Part shown: in pieces, positions 27,834-37,958 of the stretch
Layout of the letters: each line of letters opens with the position of its first letter
Position numbering within the stretch: position 1 is the stretch's first letter
DNA from: Bacteroidia bacterium
GTDB taxonomy: Bacteria > Bacteroidota > Bacteroidia > 2-12-FULL-35-15
Reading direction: 5' to 3'
NCBI GenBank assembly: GCA_044377775.1
Contig: JBILYL010000001.1
Location: 1 to 39,794, forward strand
Length of the DNA stretch: 39,794 nt
Notes under the pieces: generated by a model
The model's database searches: none
What the model was told of the DNA's origin: nothing
What the model saw: the letters and a program-made list of their open reading frames with translations, nothing else
Made by a program: the position numbers and the translations under genes

Positions 27834-29513
27834 CTATTTTTTATTCATGAATATTTTTCCTAAATAATATATCAGATGTACAACTGCAATAATGATAGAG
27901 GATAAAAACAAGATCGTATCCTCAGCTCCCTCAGTTAAGGTATAATGGTGCAAAATGGCAATTACACCTAACATGAACGACAAAGCAAACCCGCTGATGA
28001 AGAGCGGTTTTAAACTACTGATGTTACTAACAGCATTTCCTAACTTACTGTTCTTTGTTCCGTAAATCAAATAAACATCAATACCAATCAACATCCAGAT
28101 AATCAAACGCAACCATGTATCCAATGGCAAGAAGAGCATCATAAACAAACAAGATGCAATTCCTAAGATTGGCACTAAGGGAACAAATGGAGTTTTAAAT
28201 GCGCGAGGAAAATCGGGCTGTTTTTTACGCAACACCCAAACGCCAACACAAACAAGGATAAATGCAAGCAATGTTCCTATACTCGTCATTTCACCAACTA
28301 CATCTGCAGGAACAAATGCAGCGAACAAACTCACAAAAACCATAAATAACAAATTTGATTTCGCAGGTGTTCCGAATTTAGAATGAACTTGTGAAAACAC
28401 TTTTGGCACTAATCCATCTTTACTCATTGAAAAGAATACGCGGGATTGCCCCATCAACATAACCATAATTACAGAAGAATAACCTGCAAGAATAGCGATA
28501 ATAATTGCTTTATTTAACCAAGGATAAGCAGGGACAACAATCCCATCTGCCCCGGCAGTTCCCATATGGTCAATAGCGACAGCAACAGGAGCAATACCAT
28601 CAGCTCCCTGAAAACTAGTATAACTTGTTACACCGGTCATAACATGCGCAAAAAGAATATACAAGACAGTACAGATTGCCAAAGAAACTAAAATGCCGAT
28701 AGGCATATCGCGTTTTGGATTTTTTGCTTCCTGAGCAGCAGTAGACACAGCATCGAAACCAATGTAGGCAAAAAATACAATAGCTGCAGCTCTTACAATA
28801 CCGCTCATTCCGAAACTTCCGAATTCGCCAGTATTTTCAGGGATATAAGGAGCATAATTATCTGAATTGATATAACCCCAACCAAGAAATATAAAAACAA
28901 GCACAACCGAAACTTTAAGAAGTACAATAATTCCATTTACGGTAGCAGACTCTTTTGTTCCTTTGATCAATAACAATGACATCAAAACAACAATAAAAAC
29001 AGCAGGTAGATTTATCATTCCATGAACGACAGTTCCATCCAGAAGGGTAGCAGAATCGAATGGAGACAAGGTCAAGGAAGCAGGAAGGTGTATGTCGTAG
29101 TAACCTAAAAACTTAACCAAATAACGCGACCAACTTATAGAAACAGTGGCAGCACCGACAGCGTATTCCAATACTAAATCCCAACCAATGATCCACGCTA
29201 TGAATTCACCCATAGTGGCGTAAGAATAGGTATAAGCACTTCCTGCAACAGGAATCATAGACGCAAATTCAGCATAACACAAACCAGCAAAACCGCATGC
29301 AACAGCAGCAATTATGAAAGAAATTGTTACAGCCGGACCGGCATTGTTTCCAGCAGCACTACCTGTAATCGAAAACAATCCAGCGCCAATAATAGCACCA
29401 ATACCCAATGCAACTAATGAACGGGCACCTAACGTACGCTTAAGTCCTCCGTGCTCTTCAGCTGCTTCTACTTGTAAAGAAGAGATAGATTTTTTGATCC
29501 AAAGATTTGCCAT
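27834..29513 (-). CDS. APC-superfamily amino acid permease, cationic-amino-acid-transporter-like with C-terminal extension
   Basis: 559 aa. LKRTLGARSLVALGIGAIIGAGLF motif, about 14 hydrophobic segments, and an extra C-terminal TM pair. Confidence 0.88.
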   Translation of the reverse strand: MANLWIKKSISSLQVEAAEEHGGLKRTLGARSLVALGIGAIIGAGLFSITGSAAGNNAGPAVTISFIIAAVACGFAGLCYAEFASMIPVAGSAYTYSYATMGEFIAWIIGWDLVLEYAVGAATVSISWSRYLVKFLGYYDIHLPASLTLSPFDSATLLDGTVVHGMINLPAVFIVVLMSLLLIKGTKESATVNGIIVLLKVSVVLVFIFLGWGYINSDNYAPYIPENTGEFGSFGMSGIVRAAAIVFFAYIGFDAVSTAAQEAKNPKRDMPIGILVSLAICTVLYILFAHVMTGVTSYTSFQGADGIAPVAVAIDHMGTAGADGIVVPAYPWLNKAIIIAILAGYSSVIMVMLMGQSRVFFSMSKDGLVPKVFSQVHSKFGTPAKSNLLFMVFVSLFAAFVPADVVGEMTSIGTLLAFILVCVGVWVLRKKQPDFPRAFKTPFVPLVPILGIASCLFMMLFLPLDTWLRLIIWMLIGIDVYLIYGTKNSKLGNAVSNISSLKPLFISGFALSFMLGVIAILHHYTLTEGAEDTILFLSSIIIAVVHLIYYLGKIFMNKK

Positions 29514-29544
29514 ATCAATATATTTTTTTGTTTTGAATGAGTTC

Positions 29545-29552
29545 CAAATATA
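29545..29552 (-). promoter_or_regulatory. -7 box TATATTTG upstream of the 559-aa permease gene
   Basis: TAnnTTTG on the minus strand, 32 nt upstream of the ATG at 29513. Confidence 0.3.
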
Positions 29553-29612
29553 TATAAGTTTTAATTATAAAACCTAATATATAAACGCAGTTTTGCTATT
29601 TTTACAAACATT

Positions 29613-30896
29613 ATGACCATCCTTATTCTCAGCATATTTATTATTGGATACATTGCCATCGCATTTGAACATCCCATAAAAATCAACAAATCCGCTACCG
29701 CATTACTAACGGGTGTATTGTGCTGGACCGTTTATATTTTAATGGGTAACGACAGTCATTTGATAAACGAACAACTCACCGAACACATAGGAGAATTATC
29801 CGGCATCTTATTTTTTCTGATGGGCGCGATGACCATCGTAGAATTAATTGATGCGCACGATGGCTTTGATGTGATCACTTCCCGCATAACAACGAACAAC
29901 AAACGAAAGCTCCTATGGATCATTTGCATTTTAACGTTCTTCCTTTCATCTGTTCTCGATAACTTAACAACTGCCATTGTAATGGTTTCCTTATTACGAA
30001 AACTTATAGACAACAAGGAAGACCGACTGCTATTTATTGGTATGGTGGTAATTGCAGCAAATGCCGGTGGTGCATGGAGCCCCATAGGTGATGTCACAAC
30101 AACCATGTTGTGGATTGGCGGACAAGTGACTGCTCAAAATATTATGATCAAATTATTTTTACCGAGTATAATCTGCCTTGTTGTACCCTTGATGATTTTA
30201 TCTTTTAGATTAAAAGGAAATGTCAGCCGTCCTGAAATAAAAGAAAATATTTCAGCTAACCCGACATCTTTGTTTGAACGGAATACTGTATTCTTTTTAG
30301 GAATTGGTGCATTGGTTTTTGTACCCGTATTTAAAACCATCACCCACTTGCCACCTTTTATGGGCGTATTATTTGGCTTGGGAATATTATGGGTAATTAC
30401 AGAAATGATTCATAGCAGCAAAGATGACGAAGACAAGGATGTTTTATCCGTATTGCATGCATTACGAAAAATAGACATGTCGAGTATTTTGTTTTTCCTG
30501 GGAATCTTGATTGCCATCTCTTCATTACAATCAACTGGCGTATTGTCTTCATTGGCGAAGTATATGAATGACACAATCGGCAATTTAAACATCATTGTAC
30601 CACTGATCGGGTTGTTGTCTGCAATAGTTGATAATGTTCCATTGGTTGCGGCTTCAATGGGAATGTACGATTTGATCACTTACCCACAAGATTCCTATAT
30701 CTGGGAATTTCTGGCATATTGTGCAGGTACAGGCGGAAGTATTCTGATCATTGGTTCGGCTGCAGGCGTTGCCGCGATGGGAATGGAGAAAATAGATTTT
30801 ATCTGGTATTTAAAAAGAATAGCAGGATTAGCATTCATAGGCTATGCAGCAGGTGCGTTGTGCTATATCGGGATTGAGTATTTTTTCCATTTGTAA
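29613..30896 (+). CDS. NhaD/ArsB-superfamily Na+/H+ antiporter-like permease
   Basis: 427 aa polytopic membrane protein. Blocks such as SSVLDNLTTAIVM, ANAGGAWSPIGDVTTTMLW and SAIVDNVPLVAA resemble NhaD-type antiporters, from memory. Confidence 0.75.
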   Translation: MTILILSIFIIGYIAIAFEHPIKINKSATALLTGVLCWTVYILMGNDSHLINEQLTEHIGELSGILFFLMGAMTIVELIDAHDGFDVITSRITTNNKRKLLWIICILTFFLSSVLDNLTTAIVMVSLLRKLIDNKEDRLLFIGMVVIAANAGGAWSPIGDVTTTMLWIGGQVTAQNIMIKLFLPSIICLVVPLMILSFRLKGNVSRPEIKENISANPTSLFERNTVFFLGIGALVFVPVFKTITHLPPFMGVLFGLGILWVITEMIHSSKDDEDKDVLSVLHALRKIDMSSILFFLGILIAISSLQSTGVLSSLAKYMNDTIGNLNIIVPLIGLLSAIVDNVPLVAASMGMYDLITYPQDSYIWEFLAYCAGTGGSILIIGSAAGVAAMGMEKIDFIWYLKRIAGLAFIGYAAGALCYIGIEYFFHL

Positions 30897-30919
30897 TCTC
30901 AGATCACTATATTTGAATA

Positions 30920-31247
30920 ATGAAAAAAGTCTTACTTGCTTTTTTACTTTTATTGAAGAGTGGTATTTTTGCTGTACATGATTCTGTTTTTTACAATCCC
31001 CAACCTTCTTGATATAAAAGAAGCGCTTCCGTTAAACAAATTCTGGAAATACCATTCAGGAGATAATAAAACATGTGCTCAAAGAAATGTAGATGAAAAT
31101 TCATGACATAACGTTTCAAGGAATTATTACTTTCGATACATCAAAGTCGATTCCGGAGCAGGAAGAAGCGTTAGAAAAACATTGGATTTTTGGAAAAAAG
31201 ATATCAGTCAGGTAGACGATATTTTAGTTTTGAGTATCCGAATCTAA
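30920..31247 (+). pseudogene. Collapsed remnant of a sensor-type gene (signal peptide plus start of an extracellular domain, joined to a PP2C/SpoIIE-like C-terminal tail)
   Basis: ATG at 30920 gives MKKVLLAFLLLLKSGIFAVHDS, which stops at 31010. The +1 frame continues with NLLDIKEALPLNKFWKYHSGDNKTCAQRNVDENS, then a TGA (31104-31106), then HNVS...KTLDFWKKDISQVDDILVLSIRI, then a stop at 31245-31247. About 330 nt remain of what would normally be a gene of roughly 2 kb. Confidence 0.4.
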
Positions 31248-32158
31248 TTCAATTGTTTATTTAAAATCCCCAAGCCATCTTCGAAAGAATGTGGAGCATA
31301 TCCCAATTCTGTCTTCGCTTTACTGATATCAAAACCTGTCCGGGGAGGACGTTTTGCTGCTTGATTAAGTGTATTTGATTTAGAAGGAGTAATTAACGAC
31401 TTGTCTAATTTCCAATAATCAGCAACTCTATTTACCAATTCCAAAATGCTCATCGTATCAGGTCCGGATAGATGAAAGATCCCTTTTGCTTTTTTATCTG
31501 CGATCAGAATACATCCGTCAGCAAGATCTTCAGCAAGAGTAGGTGAACGAAATTGATCATCTACCACATTTATTTTTTGCTGTTTGGTTAATGCATCTTT
31601 TGCCCATAGAATAATATTAGAGCGACTCATATTATCAACGATACCAAAAACAATAATTGTTCTTGCAATGGCCCAGTTGATCATACTTTTCTCAAGTATT
31701 TTTTCGGATTCATATTTTGTAAGTGCGTAATAACTAAGTGGATTAGGGATATCCGTTTCCACATATTCAGATCCTTTTTCACCATCAAAAATAAAGTCGG
31801 TCGACAAATGGATCAGGTGACAATTTTTAAGATCTTCAGCAGAAGACAAGACAGATACAAGATTTTGCACAGCAGTTACATTCAGCGCCCAGCATTCTTC
31901 ACGTTTTGTTTCACAGGCGTCAACATTAGTCATTGCAGCGGTATTAATAATAACATCCGGCTTATATTTATTCAGAACAAGTTCAACTTCCGATATTTTA
32001 GTTATATCAAGCGCTTCGTAAATATAACCTACCTTTTTAATTATGCGGTTTGCCCCAAGAGAAGTAGCGATCACATTCACATCCGGACGTTTCAAAAGCG
32101 CATGGACTATTTTTTGTCCGAGCAAACCGTTGCTACCAGTAATAAGGATATTTCTCAT
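31244..32158 (-). CDS. SDR-family NAD(P)-dependent oxidoreductase, dTDP-4-dehydrorhamnose reductase (RmlD)-like
   Basis: 304 aa. N-terminal ILITGSNGLLG Rossmann motif, and YALTK (YxxxK) catalytic motif. Confidence 0.78.
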   Translation of the reverse strand: MRNILITGSNGLLGQKIVHALLKRPDVNVIATSLGANRIIKKVGYIYEALDITKISEVELVLNKYKPDVIINTAAMTNVDACETKREECWALNVTAVQNLVSVLSSAEDLKNCHLIHLSTDFIFDGEKGSEYVETDIPNPLSYYALTKYESEKILEKSMINWAIARTIIVFGIVDNMSRSNIILWAKDALTKQQKINVVDDQFRSPTLAEDLADGCILIADKKAKGIFHLSGPDTMSILELVNRVADYWKLDKSLITPSKSNTLNQAAKRPPRTGFDISKAKTELGYAPHSFEDGLGILNKQLN

Positions 32159-32163
32159 ATGAA

Positions 32164-33177
32164 TTATAGCGAAAACAAATCTTTGAGTTTACCGATCTGC
32201 TCTGTCGTCCCCAGAACAAACAGTTTAGCATCAGGGATAATTTTTGTATCAGCACTCGGGTTAATAATGTAATCGCCCTGAGCTGTTTTAAAACCAATGA
32301 TATTGGCTCCGGAGCGGTTTCTAACTTCCAGATCACGAATTGTTTTATTTTGGTACTCTTCAGATAAATTAGCGAAAGTAATTTCTTCCAAACGTATATT
32401 ATCACCACCTTGACCGGTTATGTAATCAACAAACTCCATCACATCCGGTTTCATCACGAGTGAAGCCATGTGTGCACCGCCTAATTTATCGGGCATAATA
32501 ACATTATTCGCACCGGCAATTTTCAATTTTTTATCAGTATTATCTTCAGAAGCTCTGCTGATGATCGTTAAGTTGGAATTGAGCGTACGGGCAGTTAAAA
32601 CGATAAATAAGTTATCTGCATCGATTGGCAAAGTGGTGATCAAAGCTTTTGCTTTTAGAATACCAGCTTTCAAAAGAACATCATCCAGAGTTGCATCGCC
32701 TTCCAATACAAGATCCGCGTATTGATGATTAATAGCCCCTACGATTGCTTTTTTCTCCTCGATCACAACAAAACGCGTATCGTGTTTCTTTAATACATGT
32801 GCCGCCTGCTTGCCGTTTCTTCCGAAACCACAAATTATCACATGATTTTCTAATTTTTCAATTGCTGCATTCACTTTTTTATTTTTAAAATAGTCTTTAA
32901 ATTCTCCATCCGAAATATATTTTGTGATGGATGAAATTGCATAGGCAAATGTACCAAAACTAATGATGATTAAAAAGGAAGTAAATAACCTACCGCCACT
33001 ACTCAAGGGATGAACTTCCTGAAACCCGACAGTGGCAAGCGTAATTACAGTCATGTAAAACGCATCCAACAAACCATAATTCTCTATGGTCATGTATCCA
33101 ACTATGCCAATGAAAAAAATCAGAAGCAATAGCCCAATCGTAATGTGTATTTTCGGAAATTGACTATTAGAGAACAC
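32164..33177 (-). CDS. 2-TM pore plus RCK (TrkA-N/TrkA-C) cation channel, MthK/Kch-like, non-canonical filter
   Basis: 337 aa, GTG start directly after an in-frame stop. M1-pore-M2 with filter TLATVGFQE. GxGxxG motif CGFGRNGKQ. C-terminal TrkA-C-like domain. Confidence 0.85.
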   Translation of the reverse strand: MFSNSQFPKIHITIGLLLLIFFIGIVGYMTIENYGLLDAFYMTVITLATVGFQEVHPLSSGGRLFTSFLIIISFGTFAYAISSITKYISDGEFKDYFKNKKVNAAIEKLENHVIICGFGRNGKQAAHVLKKHDTRFVVIEEKKAIVGAINHQYADLVLEGDATLDDVLLKAGILKAKALITTLPIDADNLFIVLTARTLNSNLTIISRASEDNTDKKLKIAGANNVIMPDKLGGAHMASLVMKPDVMEFVDYITGQGGDNIRLEEITFANLSEEYQNKTIRDLEVRNRSGANIIGFKTAQGDYIINPSADTKIIPDAKLFVLGTTEQIGKLKDLFSL

Positions 33178-33218
33178 TTACCTGATTTCTTGTTATATAA
33201 GATTGAACAACTATTTGA

Positions 33219-33449
33219 TTAAAGATCCCAAACACTTCTGCGTTTGCTCTTAAAGGGTTTAAAAAACTCTTTATTTTCCAAAATGAATGCCATTATAAAG
33301 TACATTATTATTGGAGAACCGACAGTAAAAAAAGAGAGATAAATAAAATACATCCGGATCTTTGTAGAATTAATTCCGAGTTTTTTGCCCCACCATTCAC
33401 AAACGCCAAATGCTTGCGTTTCAAACCATGTTTGTATGTTTTTTATCAT
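33219..33449 (-). CDS. PspC-domain membrane protein
   Basis: 76 aa. GVCEWWGKKLGINSTKIRMYFIYLSFFTVGSPIIMYFI matches the PspC domain pattern. Confidence 0.8.
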   Translation of the reverse strand: MIKNIQTWFETQAFGVCEWWGKKLGINSTKIRMYFIYLSFFTVGSPIIMYFIMAFILENKEFFKPFKSKRRSVWDL

Positions 33450-33475
33450 AAAGATTTTAATTTAGCTGTATAAAA

Positions 33476-34750
33476 TTACACATTTTTAAGCAAATAATTA
33501 CCAATAGAACAGCTTAAACATTTTTTATGGCTACAATATTCATTTTTCAATTGCAACAAGCCCTGTGTTGCCGAAGCCGTTTTTACAGAAAACCCCAAGC
33601 TGCCCCATTTCTGAATAATTGTATTTACTTCACCTGCGGTATGTTCCAAAAGTGATATCGCCCGGTTGATATATGTCTCATTATTTTTCTGTTTACCATA
33701 AACAAATAAAAAGGGGACGATTGTATTCACGATAATATTATTGATCGCTTCATCACCCAGATGTTTCGTTTTTTTGTCAGATAGTTTATCAAAGACAAAA
33801 TGTGTTTCCCAATACTCGGAAACAGAAACATTCAGTTTCTTTTTCAGATCAGCAGCATATTCAATATCAAGGATCACTGAAAACAAGTGATCAGAAGTAA
33901 AAATTAAGTTTGCAAACTGAGCGATCCGGATACTGGGGAAATTTATAGGACGTAACCTTAAATATTTCCACAGATGCTGTTCGAGAGGTTGCAATTTGAA
34001 TTTCTGTTTTAAAAAGGCGTATTCGTTTTGAAGTTGCTGCGGATATTTCCCTTCAAAATGCTCAAAAAGCATCCCCGACTGGCCAAACAACATAGCTTCC
34101 AATTGCAACAAACTACTTTTATGTTTCCTTAGATAATTAGAAGGCAACGATTTTGCCAGCAATTCGAAAGGCTCGGCATTGATTTTAAATCCAAAATTAC
34201 GGGCAAGCTGCTGGTAAAATGTTTCTTCCCAGTTATTGTTATTCAAAGACAAGCTATTCATAATTATTAATGACTTTCGCTCCAATCTTTCCAGTAATAA
34301 TTTGTCTAATGTGCTGTTAATTATAAAAGGAGGAACACCTGTAATTTGTTTTTCGCAAGGAATCCAATCGTTACTGGATTTAAAGTCAACATAATTCTGA
34401 TACAAGCGATCATGGATACGATCTTTTAATTCTATTGTTGGTATCGCTTCACCTGATTGCCTATACAGAACTACATCCGCATTTTTTACTACATGCAAAA
34501 CAATATTATCATATGCTTTATCATTCTGATGAAAGTGTTTTTTCCAGTCGCTGGAATTAATATGTACTTCAATATTACCGGCCCATATTGTATTATCAAT
34601 TTTTATTTTTCCATTAAAAAAATCGGGACCCGAATCAAAATTATGACTTCCGGGTTTAAGGATCTCGATCCGCTCACCCTGAGTGGTTTTCAATTCAAGC
34701 TGATCAAACAATCTGTATTTCCAGATGTGGTGAAAAAAATCTTCTGACAT
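33476..34750 (-). CDS. DUF2851 family protein
   Basis: 424 aa. N-terminus FFHHIWKYRLF...GSHNFDSGPDFFNGKIKID...GNIEVHINSSDWKKHFH is the DUF2851 signature as I remember it. Confidence 0.8.
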   Translation of the reverse strand: MSEDFFHHIWKYRLFDQLELKTTQGERIEILKPGSHNFDSGPDFFNGKIKIDNTIWAGNIEVHINSSDWKKHFHQNDKAYDNIVLHVVKNADVVLYRQSGEAIPTIELKDRIHDRLYQNYVDFKSSNDWIPCEKQITGVPPFIINSTLDKLLLERLERKSLIIMNSLSLNNNNWEETFYQQLARNFGFKINAEPFELLAKSLPSNYLRKHKSSLLQLEAMLFGQSGMLFEHFEGKYPQQLQNEYAFLKQKFKLQPLEQHLWKYLRLRPINFPSIRIAQFANLIFTSDHLFSVILDIEYAADLKKKLNVSVSEYWETHFVFDKLSDKKTKHLGDEAINNIIVNTIVPFLFVYGKQKNNETYINRAISLLEHTAGEVNTIIQKWGSLGFSVKTASATQGLLQLKNEYCSHKKCLSCSIGNYLLKNV

Positions 34751-34771
34751 AAAGCGTTTTTAAATGTTTCG

Positions 34772-34803
34772 CAAAACTACTCGTGTTCACAATTGAATGC
34801 AAA
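34772..34803 (-). promoter_or_regulatory. Bacteroidota-type promoter (TTTG-N20-TAGTTTTG) of the DUF2851 operon
   Basis: On the minus strand: TTTG (34803-34800), a 20-nt spacer, then TAGTTTTG (34779-34772). 22 nt upstream of the ATG at 34750. Confidence 0.45.
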
Positions 34804-35019
34804 ACACAAAAAAGAAAATAATTAGGGGTCGGACTAAAAAAACAAAGAGTATGTCAATAAAAAAAATTGCGACTTGATTTGGCAAAAAAACTTAAAAACC
34901 AAAGCTAACAAGCATTCCAGATGCAAATAATCACCTATGAGAATGACTTGAATCATTTCAAAAAAATAAATTCCGTCCGTTTTTTGTAATTTATATTAAC
35001 AATTAAAATCAGCATAAAG

Positions 35020-35859
35020 ATGAAAACGATCCTTGTCCCGACCGATTATTCCGAAGTAGCAAACAATGCCACGAGGTATGCAATAGAATTGTCAAAAGAG
35101 TTAAATGCAAAGCTGGTGCTTTTTCACGCATACCATCGCCCGGTTTTACTTTCTTCGCTGCCACTAATGTTTGCCGACAAAGAGTTGGAAAAGTTCAATG
35201 CTGACCGTTTAAAAGCGGAAGAATACAATATCAAAAATGAATGCTGCCGTCAGGTTGAAACAGAAACCATCGTTTATAACGGCCGCAATGTAATTGATGG
35301 TATCAAGGAATTGATAAATGAAAAAAAGATCGATTATATTGTTATGGGGATAACAGGGGCTAATACACTTGCCGGTGTTCTGATTGGCAGCAATGCCATT
35401 TCGGTGATCAAAAACACCAAGGTCCCTGTTTTTATAATCCCAAAGGAAGCGCAATTTAAAAAGATCGAACGCTTTGTATTTGTTCACGATTACGATGAAG
35501 ATACTCCGAAAAATGTGACAGAAGAGATAAAAAAAAATTGCGAAAAGTTCAAATCAGAACTCATAATTTATGGCAAGCCGCAACTTGAAAATGTGGAAAG
35601 CTTTTATGAACGAAAATCGATGCTGGAATCGGAGTTCGAAAAGGCCGGAGCTTCAAAAGTAAACCATGTACTTCGCTTTTCGGAAGAGGAAGATCAGACC
35701 GAGGAGATTAATTCTTTTGTTGAATTTAACAATGCGGATATGGTCGCAATGACGCCAAGCAGCTCCAAATCATTCGCGTCAATTTTTCGTGCGGACAATA
35801 CGACACTTATGGCTTTTCATACACATCTGCCATTACTAATCTTACACGGGAAAGAATAA
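35020..35859 (+). CDS. Universal stress protein, tandem UspA domains
   Basis: 279 aa. MKTILVPTDYSEVANNATRYAIELSKELNAKLVLFHAY, followed by a second Usp-like half. Confidence 0.88.
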   Translation: MKTILVPTDYSEVANNATRYAIELSKELNAKLVLFHAYHRPVLLSSLPLMFADKELEKFNADRLKAEEYNIKNECCRQVETETIVYNGRNVIDGIKELINEKKIDYIVMGITGANTLAGVLIGSNAISVIKNTKVPVFIIPKEAQFKKIERFVFVHDYDEDTPKNVTEEIKKNCEKFKSELIIYGKPQLENVESFYERKSMLESEFEKAGASKVNHVLRFSEEEDQTEEINSFVEFNNADMVAMTPSSSKSFASIFRADNTTLMAFHTHLPLLILHGKE

Positions 35860-35934
35860 AAAAAGTTATATCAGGAGAAAATAAATTTGAATCGTGTAAC
35901 GTTCCTATGCGTAATTCTCTGAAAGGATACTGTT

Positions 35935-36744
35935 TTACAAAAACTTATCGAGAAGAACAGCCATTTCGATTTGCAACTTCATTGCTTCTTCTCTTGCTTT
36001 TTCAGCAAAATCTTCACCAGTACTTCCGTAAATAATTCCACGGGAGGAATTCACTAACAAGCCGCACTGTTTGTTCATTCCAAATTTTGCAACAGCCTCT
36101 AAACTTCCACCCTGCGCACCAACTCCGGGAACTAATAAGAAATTTTCCGGAACAATTTTCCGGATATCAGTAAGCATCTCCGCCTTTGTTGCACCAACAA
36201 CATACATCATGTTATCCGGTGTTGACCAAGCCTTTGAAGTTTCTAAAACTTTTTGAAATAAATTATTGTCTGTTTGAAAATCTTTTGATCCAGGATTAGA
36301 TGTAAGTGCGAGAAGTATCACCCATTTATTTTTGTATTCCATAAAAGGAGTAACACTATCTTCACCCATATAAGGGGCAACAGTGATCGAATCGAAGTTC
36401 AGATTTTCTAAAAATGCTTTTGCGTACATTTTAGATGTATTACCGATATCTCCACGTTTTGCATCAGCAATTGTGAATGCATCCGGACAATGCTCATTGA
36501 TATAATTGATTGTTTTCTCCAAGCTGATCCAACCTTTAGCACCTTGAGTTTCGTAGAATGCCATGTTGGGTTTATAGGATACGCAGAAATCTTTAGTCGC
36601 GTCAACAATTTGTTTGTTAAACTCAAATATGGGATCTTCCTCTTTTAAAAGATGCTGCGGAATTTTTGTAATATCTGTATCCAAGCCAACACAAAGAAAG
36701 CTTTTTTTATTTTTTATGTTTTCGAATAATTCTTGTTTTGTCAT
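35935..36744 (-). CDS. pyrF: Orotidine 5'-phosphate decarboxylase (type 2)
   Basis: 269 aa. VGLDT...[10 protein letters not shown]...PGVGAQGG motifs. Confidence 0.92.
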   Translation of the reverse strand: MTKQELFENIKNKKSFLCVGLDTDITKIPQHLLKEEDPIFEFNKQIVDATKDFCVSYKPNMAFYETQGAKGWISLEKTINYINEHCPDAFTIADAKRGDIGNTSKMYAKAFLENLNFDSITVAPYMGEDSVTPFMEYKNKWVILLALTSNPGSKDFQTDNNLFQKVLETSKAWSTPDNMMYVVGATKAEMLTDIRKIVPENFLLVPGVGAQGGSLEAVAKFGMNKQCGLLVNSSRGIIYGSTGEDFAEKAREEAMKLQIEMAVLLDKFL

Positions 36745-36809
36745 TGTGTTGCAAAAAATAAAGATTTCTCCACTATGTTAAAAATGACATGCTAATAATC
36801 ATTTCAATA

Positions 36810-37886
36810 TCAGGACTCAATGCCACCTTCTTTCAACCGTTCTGAATTTTCAGCCAATTGAAGCGCATCGATCATGTTCTGAATCTTTCCATCCATAAAA
36901 TCGGTAAGATTGTATAGTGTCATATTGATGCGATGATCGGTTATTCTGTTTTGGGGATAGTTATACGTTCTGATTTTTTCTGAACGGTCACCGGTTGCAA
37001 CAATTGTTTTTCTTCGTTTAGAAATCGCATCCAAATGTTTAGACATTTCTATATCGTATAATTTGGTCCGTAACATCTGCATTGCAATTTCACGGTTTCC
37101 TAATTGAGAACGATCCTGCTGACAAACAACAACAATACCAGTAGGCTTGTGTGTCAACTGAACTTTCGTTTCAACTTTATTTACATTTTGTCCACCCGCA
37201 CCACCTGAACGTGACGTTTGCATTTCGATATCACCGGGATTCAAAACCACATCCACCTCATCGGCTTCGGGCATCACAAGAACAGAAGCTGCAGAAGTAT
37301 GTACACGCCCCATTGTTTCTGTTAAAGGAACACGTTGCACACGGTGAACTCCAGCTTCAAATTTCAACATTCCATATGCATTATCAGAAGTGATATTTAT
37401 GATCACCTCTTTGTATCCGCCCATTGTTCCATCATTCGAATCAACCACTTCATATTTCAATCCTTTTTCCTCGAAATAACGTGTATACATCCTGAAAAGA
37501 TCGCCAGCAAAAATACTTGCCTCATCTCCACCTGTTCCTGCACGAATTTCCATAACGGCATTCCGCGCATCTTCAGGATCTTTAGGAACAAGCATTTGAC
37601 GGATATCATTTTCCATCTGTTCCTTTTTTGGAAGCAATTCCTCCATATCGATCTTTGCCATCTCACGCATCTCATCATCCTTTTCGGTGGCAAAAACACT
37701 TTTATTGAACTCGATATTCTCTACAACATTCTTGTATTCATGATAGGCATTCACGACATCCGTAAGTTCTTTATATTCTTTATTGAATTTTTTGAACTCC
37801 TTCATATCACCAATCACTTTTGGATCAGAAAGTTTCTGTTCAACCTCTTCCCAACGTCTCTTTATGGCAGCTAATTTATCTAACAC
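36810..37886 (-). CDS. prfA: Peptide chain release factor 1
   Basis: 358 aa, GTG start. GGQ motif ([16 protein letters not shown]) and a PxT-type tripeptide (RVPLTE), indicating RF1. The gene ends with TGA, showing TGA is a stop codon in this genome. Confidence 0.96.
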   Translation of the reverse strand: MLDKLAAIKRRWEEVEQKLSDPKVIGDMKEFKKFNKEYKELTDVVNAYHEYKNVVENIEFNKSVFATEKDDEMREMAKIDMEELLPKKEQMENDIRQMLVPKDPEDARNAVMEIRAGTGGDEASIFAGDLFRMYTRYFEEKGLKYEVVDSNDGTMGGYKEVIINITSDNAYGMLKFEAGVHRVQRVPLTETMGRVHTSAASVLVMPEADEVDVVLNPGDIEMQTSRSGGAGGQNVNKVETKVQLTHKPTGIVVVCQQDRSQLGNREIAMQMLRTKLYDIEMSKHLDAISKRRKTIVATGDRSEKIRTYNYPQNRITDHRINMTLYNLTDFMDGKIQNMIDALQLAENSERLKEGGIES

Positions 37887-37958
37887 TTTTACTAATTATT
37901 AATTGAAAATTGAAACTAAAAAATATTTTTTCGAATCTGTAATCGGGGTACAAAAGTA

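Noticed and set aside
31104-31106. In-frame TGA inside the remnant ORF, as possible Sec or Trp recoding
   Set aside because: TGA is used as the stop of the essential prfA gene (36810-36812). No SECIS-like hairpin follows it. The surrounding ORF also has a frameshift and a large internal deletion, so decay is the simpler explanation.
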